From Macrostomum lignano (lineage: Eukaryota), in contig NIVC01000294.1 in NCBI GenBank assembly GCA_002269645.1, forward strand, positions 62,001 to 126,000: a stretch of 64,000 nucleotides of DNA. Reading direction: 5' to 3'. Shown here piece after piece: positions 35,938 to 48,400 of this stretch. The notes under the pieces were generated by a model that saw only the letters and a program-made list of their open reading frames with translations, was not told the origin of the DNA and ran no database searches. The first letter of the stretch is position 1, and each line of letters starts with the position of its first letter. Position numbers and translations under genes: made by a program.

Positions 35938-38900
35938 TCAAACCTTTTTAGAATCTTCATTATTCGGCTGATTAGCGCCTTCTAGTGCAAAAATAAGCAT
36001 TCTAGCAGCCACTTCGTTGCCAAATTCTTGAGCACGGAGCAATAAAGTTTGAAGACACTTTTTTGAATGATCAGCATTTGCGGCAAATAGAAGTAGCTCT
36101 AAAACTTTATTGTGACCATTCTGTGCTGCAATGTAGAGAGGTGACTCGCCAGTTTTCATTGAATATTGATATCGGCTTGAGCCCAGATGAGTAACTTCAC
36201 TATCCGATCATGGCCATTCTGCAATGCAACATACAGAGGTGACTCGCCAGTGTTGCACCGAAGATTTGCATCGGCATGCGCTTTGATAAGTGAATTCACT
36301 ACAGTTAATTTGTCATTGCGGGATGCAATGTAGAGAGGTGTGGCGCCAGTGTTACGTCGAAGATCGACGTCCGCTTCTGCCTTGATGAGTAGGTCCACAA
36401 CGAGACTGTGACCGTTCTGCGCCGCAAGGTAAAGAGGTGAGCAGCCGGATTTACGTTGGATATTCATGTCGGCTTGTGCTCGTATCACAGATTCAACAAT
36501 TAGCAAATGATCTTTCTGTGATGCATAGTGGAGTGGTGACTTGTTATTGTTTCTTAGAATATTCACATCAGCTTGTGCTTTAATGAGCAAGTTTACAACT
36601 TGACGATGACCATTTTGAGACGCAATTATTAGAGGTGTCTCGCCAGATTTTCGCTGAGCGTTGACTTCAGCTTTTGCTCGAATAAGTGATTTCACTACTT
36701 GCTCGTAACCATTTTGAGATGCAACATAGAGGGCTGAGCAGCTAGCGTCAGTTTGATTTGAAGATTGATGTCGGCTTGTGCAGGAATCAACACCTCAGCC
36801 ACCTTCTGATGCCCATTCTGCGAAGCAATGTAGAGTGGCGAGCAGCCGCCAAAACCATTGAGATCAAGGGAGGCATTTGCTTTAATGAGTGCATCTACTA
36901 TTTGTTGGTGACCATTTTGTAATGCAATGAAAAGTGGTAAGTCACCACCGCTTCTTTGAAGATTATCATCGGCTTTAGCTTTTATGAGAGATTCTAAAAC
37001 ATTCAGGTGGCCATTCTGCGACGCAACGAAGAGCGGTGAGCTGCCATCGGCTGCCCTAGCATTGACGACAGCTTGGGCTTTAACTAGTGAGTCCACAACG
37101 TCCTGATGTCCATATTCAGCTGCAATGTACAGATGAGGTGACTCGCCATCAGTTCTGTCAAGATCGATGTCGGCTTGCGCTCTGATGAGTGTGCCGACAA
37201 CAAATTTATAACCATTCTGCGATGCAACATAAAGAAATGACTCGCCTGTGTTTCGTTGAAGATTTACATCTGCTTGCGCTTTGATTAGTAAATCTAAAAC
37301 TTCCCGATGACCATTCCCGAAGACAGGTGAGCATCCTTCTGTCTTCTCCTGGTGGTTGACATCGGCTTGGGCACTACGTAATTAGCGAATTCACTGCCTG
37401 CAGATGACCGTTCTGTGATGCAAATATCAGGGATGTTACGCCAGTTTTAAGTTGAATATTGGTGTCCGCTTGCGCTTCGGTTAGCAATAGAACTATTTGT
37501 TTGTGACCTTTTTGTGACGCCATGAGAAGCGGTGAGCAGCCACCAGTTTCTTGGAGATCGACGCTGGCTTGTGCATCAATAAGTAATTTGACGACTTCTT
37601 TATGACCTTTCTGCGATGCAATGTATAGAGGCGAGCCGCCTTGGCTGTTTTGAAGATTTACATCGGCTTGTGCTTTGATGAGTAACTCAACAAGTTGCTG
37701 AAAACCATTCTGTGATGCAATGTAAAGAGGTGACTCTCCAGTGCAAAGTTGAATATTGACGTCGGCTTGGGCTTTAATCAGTAAGTCTACGATCAGATGG
37801 TGACCATTTTGTGCTGCAATACATAGAGGTGAGCCGCCTTGGTTCTGCTGCAAATTGACCTCGGCTTGGGATTTTATAAGCAAGTCTACTATGATGCTGT
37901 GACCATTCTGTGATGCAATGTAGAGAGGTGAACGACTTTGGCTTTGATCAGCGAATCCAAGACTTGTTGATAACATAACTTTGAAGCGATGAAAACAGCA
38001 CTGAGTCCATCATCGTTTTGTTGACTGAGCTTCACGTTCTCTCGTACAAGGCTGCATAATATATCTTTCTTCCCTAGCAGACATGCAAGCATTGCTGGAG
38101 TCAGGGAAATTCCTTTGAAGTTAAGGAAACCGCGCATATTCTTACCCTTGTCAATCAAGTCGGGTCGCTTTCACAAGCGCTAATTTTCATAACCGCTAAC
38201 GACATGAATTTCACAAGCGCTAAATTTCATAATAGCTAAAAATTTGCCGCCTATACTTTCACAAGCGCTAAACTTCACAAACGCTAAACTTCAGAATAGC
38301 GAAACCACCTACTTTCACAAGCGCTAAACTTCACAAACGCTAAACTTCAGAATAGCGAAACCACCTACTTTCACAAGCGCTAAACTTCACAAGCGCTCGC
38401 GCGCTAAACTTCACAAGCGCTAAACTTCACAAACGCTAAACTTCACAAACGCTAACCTTTACAATCCCCAAAACACGAATGTCGGCTTCTTTTACAAGCG
38501 CTAAAATGTTAATATACTATATATACTAATATACTAATACTAATATACTATACTAAAATACTAAAATACTATTTTAGCGCTTGTGAAAGTAGGCGGCATT
38601 CGTGTTTTGGGGATTGTAAAGGTTAGCGTTTGTGAAGTTTAGCGTTTGTGAAGTTTAGCGCTTGTGAAGTTTAGCGCGCGAGCGCTTGTGAAGTTTAGCG
38701 CTTGTGAAAGTAGGTGGTTTCGCTATTCTGAAGTTTAGCGTTTGTGAAGTTTAGCGCTTGTGAAAGTAGGTGGTTTCGCTATTCTGAAGTTTAGCGTTTG
38801 TGAAGTTTAGCGCTTGGAAAGTAAGTGAGTTAGCGGTTATGAAGTTTAGCGCTTGTGAAGTTTAGCGCTTGTGAAAGTAGGCGGCATTTGTGTTTTAGCG

Positions 38901-39297
38901 GTTGTGAAGTTTAGCGTTTGTGAAGTTTAGCGCTTGGAAAGTAAGTGAGTTAGCGGTTATGAAGTTTAGCGCTTGTGAAGTTTAGCGCTTGTGAAAGTAG
39001 GTGGTTTCGCTATTCTGAAGTTTAGCGTTTGTGAAGTTTAGCGCTTGGAAAGTAAGTGAGTTAGCGGTTATGAAGTTTAGCGCTTGTGAAGTTTAGCGCT
39101 TGTGAAAGTAGGTGGTTTCGCTATTCTGAAGTTTAGCGCTTGTGAAGTTTAGCGCTTGTGAAGTTTAGCGCTTGTGAAAGTAGGTGAGCTAGCGCTTATG
39201 AAAATTAGCGCTTGTGAAGCCTCCCCATCAAGTCTTTAATTGCTTGCAAAGCATTTTTTTTCAATCGCTAAGATTATGGCTGTGGTGTCTCGATAGA
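35938..39297 (-). pseudogene. Long ankyrin-repeat gene (~20 x 33-aa repeats), frameshifted and interrupted by a foldback transposon
   Basis: Consensus G.SPLYIASQNGH..IVDLLIKAQADVNLQ across ORFs 37374-37976, 36695-37096, 36156-36695, 35938-36159; removing the insertion and one A of an A8 run gives TAIILAIEKNALQAIKDLIDKG. Confidence 0.85.
38162..39226. mobile_element. Foldback-type non-autonomous DNA transposon with 8-bp TSD ATCAAGTC
   Basis: TSD at 38154-38161 and 39227-39234; arms of 16-bp CTAAACTTCACAAGCG subrepeats inverted about an AT-rich centre (~38505-38570); no ORF. Confidence 0.9.
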
Positions 39298-40589
39298 CTA
39301 ACACAGGAAACGCGAGTGATTAGGCAAGTGAGACGTTAGCCAAAAAAAGAGTACGCTCCAGTTAGGACAACCCGCGCTTATATTTGACATCCAACAATAA
39401 ATTCTTACACGATCGATAAATTTGGCAACATTTATTGCCTCACATTTTGCATCACATTTACAATGACGTAGCTACTTACAGTAGAGTAGTAAGAAAAAAT
39501 AACCCCTTTTAGATAGTTAGTAAAACTGCCCTTTTACGGGCTCCTTGCCACGACAAAACAATGGCCTCATCTGTTGTCTCTTTGGAAAGCTGGTGACAAA
39601 GTTGAAAAGCTGTTGGCATAATGACATGACAAGCAGTTATTTTTGTTCTGAATGCCACCAAAACTAAATAAGTTGGTTTTTCTGTATGCTTCAAGCGATA
39701 GTCTATAAGGATATATATGTACATATACGTGTAGAAGATATGTTTTACAGAAGATCTGAGATTCAGCAGTGCGAGGGTAGAAATGCGTTGCTACTTCTCA
39801 CAACAACTGCACTCATAGTGTACGCATTTCCTCACCCATTGCTCAAGATGACAATGTGGCGCCACGGCCTATTATGAATGCAGCCGCATTTTCAGGGTTG
39901 CATGGTTGGCTGGAAAAGAAACACGCGCGGGACGGAATTGCACTTTCATGTACTAATGTACATTTAAGTACATATGTTCCAACACTTTGCTAAGCCTAAC
40001 GCTTTGCTTGGTATATTCTCACAACTTGCGCCAAATACTATAGCTATACTGGTCAGAAAAATAATCGAAGGTCGTTCATAAATTATGTAAAAAATAGTAT
40101 ACCATAACGAATGACTTACATGTACGTTGTATGTCACTCGTCTGAGCTGTGAACTCTGAAATTTCAAATGCGATTAGAATCATTCGATTAATTGCAGAAT
40201 ATACTCGCATTGCATGTGCAGAAGTCGTGCTTGTTCTCGATCTACATGACTGCCTGAGTGACACCAAACAATACACAAAGACGAGGTGTGAGTGTGACAG
40301 CAATGAATCATTGGGGTGACTCAGTATAGTAACATTATTTCATCTCGTTCTCAGGGGACATACATGTTAATCATCAGTGCTTAATGTCCTCTGTATATTT
40401 CTAGAAAAAACCTTCCCTAATTTCTCCGGGTATACGTGCTGGGCCACCGCCATCATCCCAGATCTTCAGTTGTTGAGAGACCCTTCCAGATCCTCGCAGT
40501 TAATAATCCTCCTAATAAAATAGTATGAATACTAATTAATATTATTGCAAACAGTAGCAATGTGAATTATTGTCCGCCAGTGCAAGCGA

Positions 40590-41560
40590 TTCATGAGAGG
40601 CGAAGACAACGTCACGGGGCGCGTTTCAGGCAGGGCCTTAGAGCGACCGTACGCCGCACCGCCGGCAGTGTCCGGGGCGTTGGCATCAACCAGCAGGCAG
40701 TCGACGAAATGCCGAGTGCTTACCTGTCCCCGAGGGTAGTATGGTGCCTGCAGCATCAGCAACAGCACCGGCTGTGGTCACAGCACTCGGACTGCAGGAC
40801 CCTCAAAGAATTCGGAAGGCAGCCCAGGCAAGTCCGCAAGATCGACGCCGAGGTAGACGGAACTGCTGATCGGACACTGGGAAAGCTTCATCACCTGCCC
40901 GTCAGCGCCTCGGCAGAAAATCGCAGAGTTGATGTCCCCCGGAATCACGGTCCTCTGTCCTCTGCGCGTTGACCACCAATCCGCGACGCTCGCCGCAACT
41001 CTCACCAGCCGGTCCAGCTGGCGCTCAGCGCCCTCGAAGGTCGAGGACAGCAAGGGGAGGTCGTCCGTGTAGCCAAGCACTCCCGAGCCGCCTCTATGAT
41101 TGGCGTCGACCCAACGCGTCGCCGCAGCAGGATGCCGTTGTCTTTAAATTGAGTAGATCAGAGGAACGTCTGCAGCACCGAATAAAGCACCAGGACGAAC
41201 GCGGGAACGCCGCAAGCGTATCTGCTTGAAACACCCCAGAGAATGTCTCTCAAAGATATCAGACAGGCCGTCCGGTGTCAGCACAGAAGGCAGCAGCGCT
41301 TGTGTCATGATACAGTACAGCGCCGGAAACCTGTTCTGCGGCGCTCGGATCAGACCGCAAATACGCGAACTGCAACCGCGATAGCAGCAGTTGAACAGAC
41401 TGCAGGCTGATTTTCGGTGCTCCTCAATCCGTGTGTTTCCTGCAGCCGGCTTCTTTGGAATGGCGACGATGTGCACCGTGGGCCATATAATTCGTTTGGT
41501 GCCGCCTCACCGACGAAAGCACTCGGTTTATCACACTGGAGACCCCGCTCTTGCCTTGAT
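40590..41560 (-). pseudogene. Degenerate RTE-clade non-LTR retrotransposon (RT fragment plus 3' end)
   Basis: Across frameshifts: VLTPDGL...GV.QADTLA (GVxQGDxLxP motif), LGYTDDLPLLSSTFEGAERQLDRL (YADD motif). Confidence 0.75.
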
Positions 41561-42940
41561 AGAATACAATACTAATAATATTACCAATGTTAATGATATT
41601 AATAACAATAATAGTATTAATAATAGCATAGCAATACCTGAAACAATAAATAAAAAATATAACATTGTTCATATGTGCATTGCGCTCACTGATTTTAAAT
41701 AAAGCAGCAAAATAGTTTAACAAAGTATGATTTTGTCTATTTATTGCATTGATACCAACAGTACGAGTCACTCGTAATTCAAAATAGTTTTTTTACTGAT
41801 TATTTTCGTTTTCTTTTTTTTCAGATTGATTATCTTAAATTTGGGTAGTCCTGTATTATTTAACTTGTATTATTTTAAGAAATGCAAGTTAATTAGCCGT
41901 AGACAAACGTCGTGCGCTCTTCTCAAATTCGTTAGGCCCTACTTTATGAAACGCACTTTATGATCTTTAATGGGCGATTTTAAGTTATTGCTCCTATGCC
42001 ACTCGATAAATATACGTACTACATACTGCCGCTTTTAAAGTAAGATGAAGATTATTCCTTCAGTCCAATCCAGCAATGCTGGACTGTCCAGCTAGGCCCT
42101 GGCAAGTGTTTTAATATTTATTATTAGGCCTAGAGGGCTATTATGCATTGCTGTAATGTGATTCAAAATAATTGTAATGTAATGTCCGCGGCACGCCTAG
42201 CAAATTACTGCGGCTGCCATGTGTGCTATGTAAATTGTAATTTAGTTTTTTCTAATACAAGCGGCACTTGGCTTTGGCCCATATAAAATTACTTAATTTG
42301 AGTAGGCCTAATACTAATAGATCGTGAAACTGAAATCATGTCAGTTTAACTTTAACTTAAGGCCTACCCGCCTAGCCTAGTTAGTATTGTATGTATTAGT
42401 CAAACATAGTTACTTAGTTAGGCCCCTTTCTAGCCCTAGGCCTAGGTCTCCATGAAGATATAAATAGGCCTAGGTAATAATAATATTATTAATAATTAGG
42501 CCTAATTTAATATAAAAGTTAAAGACTTCAATTTCAATTCTATCTAGGCTATTTTGGTTATATTTTTATTAGTCTAGAAGTTAGAAGTCCCTATTATTTG
42601 TTTTAATGAAGGCCTAGGCCTACCTTTAAGATGAAAGATTCAAATGGCAATAATAAATAATATAATAGGGGCCTTTGTTCAAGGTATAATCTAACAAAGA
42701 TAAAATTTTATTTCCTAATAAAATTATTGTCACTTTATTATAAAAGGGTCTAAACTCTAGTCTTGTTGTTGTTACTGTAATGTTTTATTATCAAAATGAC
42801 TAATCTATCTAATTTGGCTAGAGGCTCAAGGCAAAGCCTAGGACTAATTTAATTTGATTAGAATTTCATTTTTAATTTTAGTTATGATCACAAAATAAAA
42901 TTTTGGAACTTCAGTTCTACTAAAATAGAATTAATAAAAA

Positions 42941-43815
42941 TGTTGTAGGACTCTTGGCTTTCTGTCTAAGAATCTCACTGCTGCAACCAAAATCTGTTGT
43001 AAGGGGGGGGGTCGAGGGTTATTAGAAATTTTCAGGGTTTCCTTAGAATTTGGGGCGAACTTCGCAATTTATACTACTAGCAGGAGTAAGCCGTAGGTTG
43101 CTCCTGGTGGCATGGTGTGTCCGAGCGGCAAGACACAGTTTCTATTCAGTCCGGGAGAATTGGATGGGGGGTAAAAGGCTTCGCGGTGGATTAGAGTTGC
43201 CTGGCGCGCTAGTGGGGAATTCTAGTGCTTAATAGGGAATGCTGGCGGGGAAGGTAGGCTGCTTCATTGGGAATTACATGGCGGAATTAGGAGTCTAATA
43301 TTAAGGGAAAATTAGCCGGGGCGGCTTGGCAATCACTATGTCTAGGGAAGCGCGGGAAGGGTTTCTTGGGACTATTGTACGTCCGAGAAGAGGGGGGGGG
43401 GTTTGAGTGGGTTTGGATCGCTCTGGGGAGCGCTCGAGGGGAAGGGAGTGGCTGTACGCCTCTATCGTACGCTTCTCTGAGAAAAGGAAAGAAAGCTGAC
43501 AAATCTAAGTTCTATTTTTAGCACAACTGTTCATCTAGTGCTCGAGAACAGGAAAGAAGCTTGCATATACCAAGCCCGTCGGAAGGAGATGCTTTTCTAC
43601 CGTATATTATAGCTCGCTTTTATAGTAAATTTTGCCATCATGGCGTATACATTATAACAATAATATTTCGGTTTTAGCACTACAGACATGCATATATATA
43701 AAAATAGTGCTCAATGCAAAGTAATTGAATTTATGGAAATAATTGTATAGACTGAATAAGAATATAGGAGAAATAATGCGCGTAAATTACGTAGGCACGA
43801 GCTAAGGCTGTTACA
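42941..43815 (-). repeat. 3' LTR of Gypsy-1
   Basis: ~99% identical to 51255-52130; preceded on the minus strand by purine-rich AAGGGAAGCCAGA (PPT-like). Confidence 0.97.
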
Positions 43816-44013
43816 TCTGGCTTCCCTTAAGTAATGAAATTGAATAAAGAATGAGTGAAGTTTTATTAAAACGAGACAACATATTGCAAAACATACTACA
43901 AATACAAAGGCAAACAAAGATAGAATAAGGCATATTGCAACAGAAAATAAAAGTTTTACTGCAAGGCAAAAAAGGTAAGTCTTGTACTACTGTAAGCGAT
44001 ATATTCTGTTCGT

Positions 44014-45057
44014 TCACATATATTGTACCATAGCAGTAGGTAGTCTATCCTGATACGGCCAGCCACACTCAAGGCCGACCCATAGTACTTCAGTGCGGAC
44101 ACTTGCGCGGTTCGTCCAACCGTTGTTCAGCTCGTGGAGCGCGTAGGCTACGGCCCGCTTCCAGGCAGCAATGGCCTGATACGGCTGCATTCGCTGCAGC
44201 GCCTGAAGCGTGGGCCGCAGTGCCTCTCTAGTTGGCAGGGGCCTGCCGTCCAAGCGGAGTCGCCCCATGCTAATGATGTAGTCTTTTATGCTATTGGCCA
44301 GACGTCGGTACTCGTCACGCTGAGAGCTGGGCAATTGGATGATTGCGATGCTGAAATCACCACCAATTTCCTGCAGGGGATCATGCTCGGCGTTATCCAT
44401 CAATGGCGGTATCAGAGCGACAGGCGACCTATTAGCTGGCTGGTGTTGGGGTCGCATGCCGTATTGCGGGGGTGGCGTTACCAACGGAGGCTGTCTCGGC
44501 GGCTGACTCATGACTGGGGACCTCGATGTTGGTCTCTGATTGCGGGATGATAAAACTGCTGGCGGCTATTGGACTGGTGATCTTGGCCGGGGCGACGAAG
44601 CAGTTGTCGGCGGTTTCTTAGCTATCGATTGCCGGGCTGGAGGCTGTTTGGCAGGTGACTTTGGTCTTGACCGGGGCGTTGCAATGGTCGAGGACGATTG
44701 GCGGGGTCCCAAACGATGCATGACGCTAGTGCTGGGCGCCTGGCTCCGGGGTAGCATGATGGCAGTTTTGCTGTTCGGCGGCTGGCGTTTTGACATGGCT
44801 GGGGGAACTAACACTGGGGTATCGGCCTGGCGACGCAATAGATCGGCGCGATCTTTCGGGGTCGTGCTTGGGGGCGCTCTTGGTTGAGTTACCACGGAGG
44901 CTAGGCGGGGTTTTGGTCCGGGCAGCTGGGGTCGAGTAGCCTGTCGATCTGGGATCGGCAGCTCATTTTCCTCATCACTGATGATTTCTCCTTCGTCACT
45001 AATGCTTAAACTCAACTCATCTTGCAGCCTTCTTAACTTCTCTGCTTCATCGGACAT
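44014..45057 (-). CDS. Gypsy-1 additional ORF3 (~347 codons, one internal TAG), non-env, unknown function
   Basis: ORFs 44566-45057 and 44014-44511 are in the same frame, separated only by TAG plus 18 sense codons; 3' splice site CTAATTATTGATCCAG| 16 nt before the ATG. Confidence 0.7.
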
Positions 45058-45429
45058 ATCAAATTCAAGATAGCTGGATCAATAATTAGCGGGATAACAG
45101 AATAGTTTGTTTGCTTGTTGTGTAATCTCGGTTTCAAGTGTCTGTGTTATTATTCCCTTTGTTCCCATTCTTTTGGACTCCTCATTTTCGTGACTCATCC
45201 TGTTTTTCGTCTTCTTTGGGCTCTAGTTTCGCTTTGGGTCGATAAATTTAGAGGGTCTTTGTACATTAGCATTGCCCTGGGTGAGTTCTTTCTTTGTATA
45301 AAATTTGGGGTTGGTCACGCAATTGGGGACGGCGAGAGGGCTAGAATTGGAGGTTGCGCAACAGACTGAGGGCTGTCAATAAGCGCTTTAGATGGCAGTC
45401 GCATCTTTGTCTGGCCTGGGTTGGGCGCC

Positions 45430-48400
45430 TTAGATTGTAGGGGGGGTGTGCACGGGCTCGGGATCTCGCGGGGCAGGAGAGGGGGGAAGGGATTGAGGGG
45501 CTTCTTCGTTCAAAGCTTCACTCTCTGAGTCATCATTTGCTTCTTCTTCTATCTGGGCTTCGGGCAATTCTTCTTCTATCTCTTCGTCGCTGTCTTCTCT
45601 TAGTAGACATCTCCAATTCATTTCTTCTTCGTCAGATGATTCTTCTGATTCAATTATTTCGGGTTCGGGTATTGACTTTGGTAGATTCTGGTGAGGGTTG
45701 CTTCCTTTGACTGGTAGTTTCCTCTTGGGTTTAGTTGAGGCGGGGGTAAGGGCGATAACAGGGGTGGAGATAGGGGTAGGAGCGGAAGCGGAATCAGGGG
45801 CGGAACCAGGGGCGGGAGCATCCTCCTGGCTTCCCTTAAGTAAAAGCTCTGTGGTGGAGTTAGGCACGGGTGTTAAATTGTCTCTATGCACTAGCATTTC
45901 TCTGCCAATCAGTTTGCCATCTTCTTCCTTCTGGATCTTAAATACGACTTCGGAAATTTGGGCTATAACTCGAAATGCTGATCGCTTCTTTCTATGGAAC
46001 TTGTGTGATTCTTCGGCGTCTAATTGGGGATTATTAATTAATGCAAGACAGCCTATGGGGACTCTCGGGGGAAGCTTATTGATTTCTGCGGCGGTCTTTC
46101 TCTTGTCAACTATCTTTTCCAATTTCTTCTTTACTACTTTGTGGGCTTCTTCTAGTCTTTCAGCATGTTTGGTAATATAAGAGGGGTAATCGGCATGTTC
46201 GGCTGCGCTTCTGATTTGAGTATCTAAGGGTAGAGTAGCTTCTCTGCCAAACAATAAAAAATGTGGGGAGAATCCTGTTGTTACATTGAGGCTGGTGCGG
46301 ACGGCTACTAGAGCTGCGGGAATTAGTAAATCCCAATCACCATGATCTTTATTGATCAAGCAGGTGATAATCGATTTAATTTGCTTGTTGAAACGTTCTA
46401 CTAATCCGTTAGATTGGGCATGGTAAGGGGTAGTAAAAGTATGGCGAATGTTGTAGAGTTCGCAGAAAGCTTTAAATTGTTTGCTGGCAAAAGTTTTTCC
46501 ATTGTCTGTGTGGATCCAGGTGGGCTGTCCATATTCTGCTACTATTCGTTCAAGTAGTATCTTGATGACCGTGTCGGATTTTTGGTTTTTAATGGGAAAA
46601 GCAAAGGGGTATCTAGTTGTGCTATCAACAACAGTTAAAACATATTTATGACCTCGTTTGCTTTCTTTTGAGATTGGGCCAATGATATCTATATGCAGGC
46701 GGCTAAATGCTTCGCCAATGGGGAATGACTGGACTGGGGCTTGAACAAAATGTCCTTTCTTGCTCTCAAGGCAGGGGATACACTCAGCAATTAACTGCTC
46801 AACTGAGGTGCTTAGTCCAGGTCGCCAAAATCTTTCTCTTATTCTCTGGAGCGTTTTATCTCTTCCTAGATGTCCTGCGAGGGGGCTGCAATGTAGGTCA
46901 GTAAAGACTGCTTTATCTAAGGATGGGGCAAAACTACTTTGGTTTTTCCGTCTTCGGCAATTGTCAATAACTCGTTATCGATTTTCATCAGTGCATAATG
47001 CTTACTGATTTTCTCTGGCACGTCCGGTGATTTGGGGAGTTGGCTCAACTTCTGTTTCTTGGCTTCTAACAGAGCTTTGATGATGGGGTCAGCAGCTTGG
47101 GCTTCTTGGATTTGTTCTTTCTTCAGGGGGCTGGGAAGATAATCAGTTAACAATTTCTCGCACTTTCCTGTCTCCTTTTCTGCTTCTACTTCTCTACCTG
47201 AGACAATTAGCTTTGTCCTAGATTCGGGACATTCAGGCTGGGTCTCGCTTTCTGTCAGGGCTTCAGGTGACTGGGACATGGGGTTGTCCTTAGTTTCAGC
47301 GGGAGCACTCTCATTTCTCAGGGGAACAGGGGTTAGCTTCTCAACTTTCTCAGGGATTGGCTCAGTTTTCTCAGGAATCGCTTCAGGTACTTCAGGGGTT
47401 TCAAGGATCGCTTCAGCAGGCTCAGTGGCTGTGTCAGGGACTTCAGAAACTTCAGGTGCTGTTTCAGCAAGTTCAGGGGCTACTTCAGGGGATACTTCAG
47501 GGGCTTCAGCTATCTCAGCTGGTCTTCTCGACAATCCGTCGGCATTGGAATGTTTTGCGCCGCTTCTGTGTTCAATGTCGAACCTGAATTCATTTAGGTG
47601 CTCTATCCATCTTCCTAGGATTCCGGTTGCTTCTGTCTGTCTCATGAGCCAAATAATCGCTTTATGATCAGTTTGGGCTAAGAATTTCTTGCCAATCAGA
47701 TAAAATCTGAAATGCCTCATAGCGTCGACAAGGGCTAACAATTCTTTCCGGGTAATGGGGTATCGTTTCTCTGATTCCTTCATTGCTCTACTAAAATAGG
47801 CTATTGGTCGCTCTATGCCATCACTCTGGATTTGGCCAAGGCATGCGCCAATCCTGTCGTCACTGGCATCTGTGTCAAGCACCATCTTCACATTTTCATC
47901 TTCGACATACTCGGGGTAGGCTAACACTTCAGTGGACATCATTCGCTGCTTCAGGGACTCAAAGGCTTCGTCATGCACTTTGCTCCACTTAGATTGGAAA
48001 TTCTGGACTCCTTTTCGAGTCAATTGGAATAGGGGGTGAGCCACTTCGGCATAATTCTTCACAAATCGGCAATAATAATTGCATAGGCCAAGAAAACTGC
48101 GTAGTTCTTTTACGTCTTTGGGACGGGGCCAAGTTTGGATAGCTTCAATCTTCGTCTTGTCTGTTTGAATGCCTTGTCGGCCAATCACGTGTCCTAGATA
48201 TTTCAACTCGTGATGGAAAAGATTGCACTTCTTGGGTCTCAACTTCAGACCTGCGGCAATTAGTCGCTTAAATACTTCTCTTAAGTGCTCTAAATGGTTG
48301 GCAAAGGTTTGGGAGTAGGCTATTATGTCATCTATATAGGACATGGTGAACTTATGTTGGATTCCTAATAGGACTAAATTCATTAGGCGTTGGAAGGTTC

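Noticed and set aside
44014-45057. Gypsy-1 ORF3 as an env gene
   Set aside because: No signal peptide, furin site or transmembrane segment.
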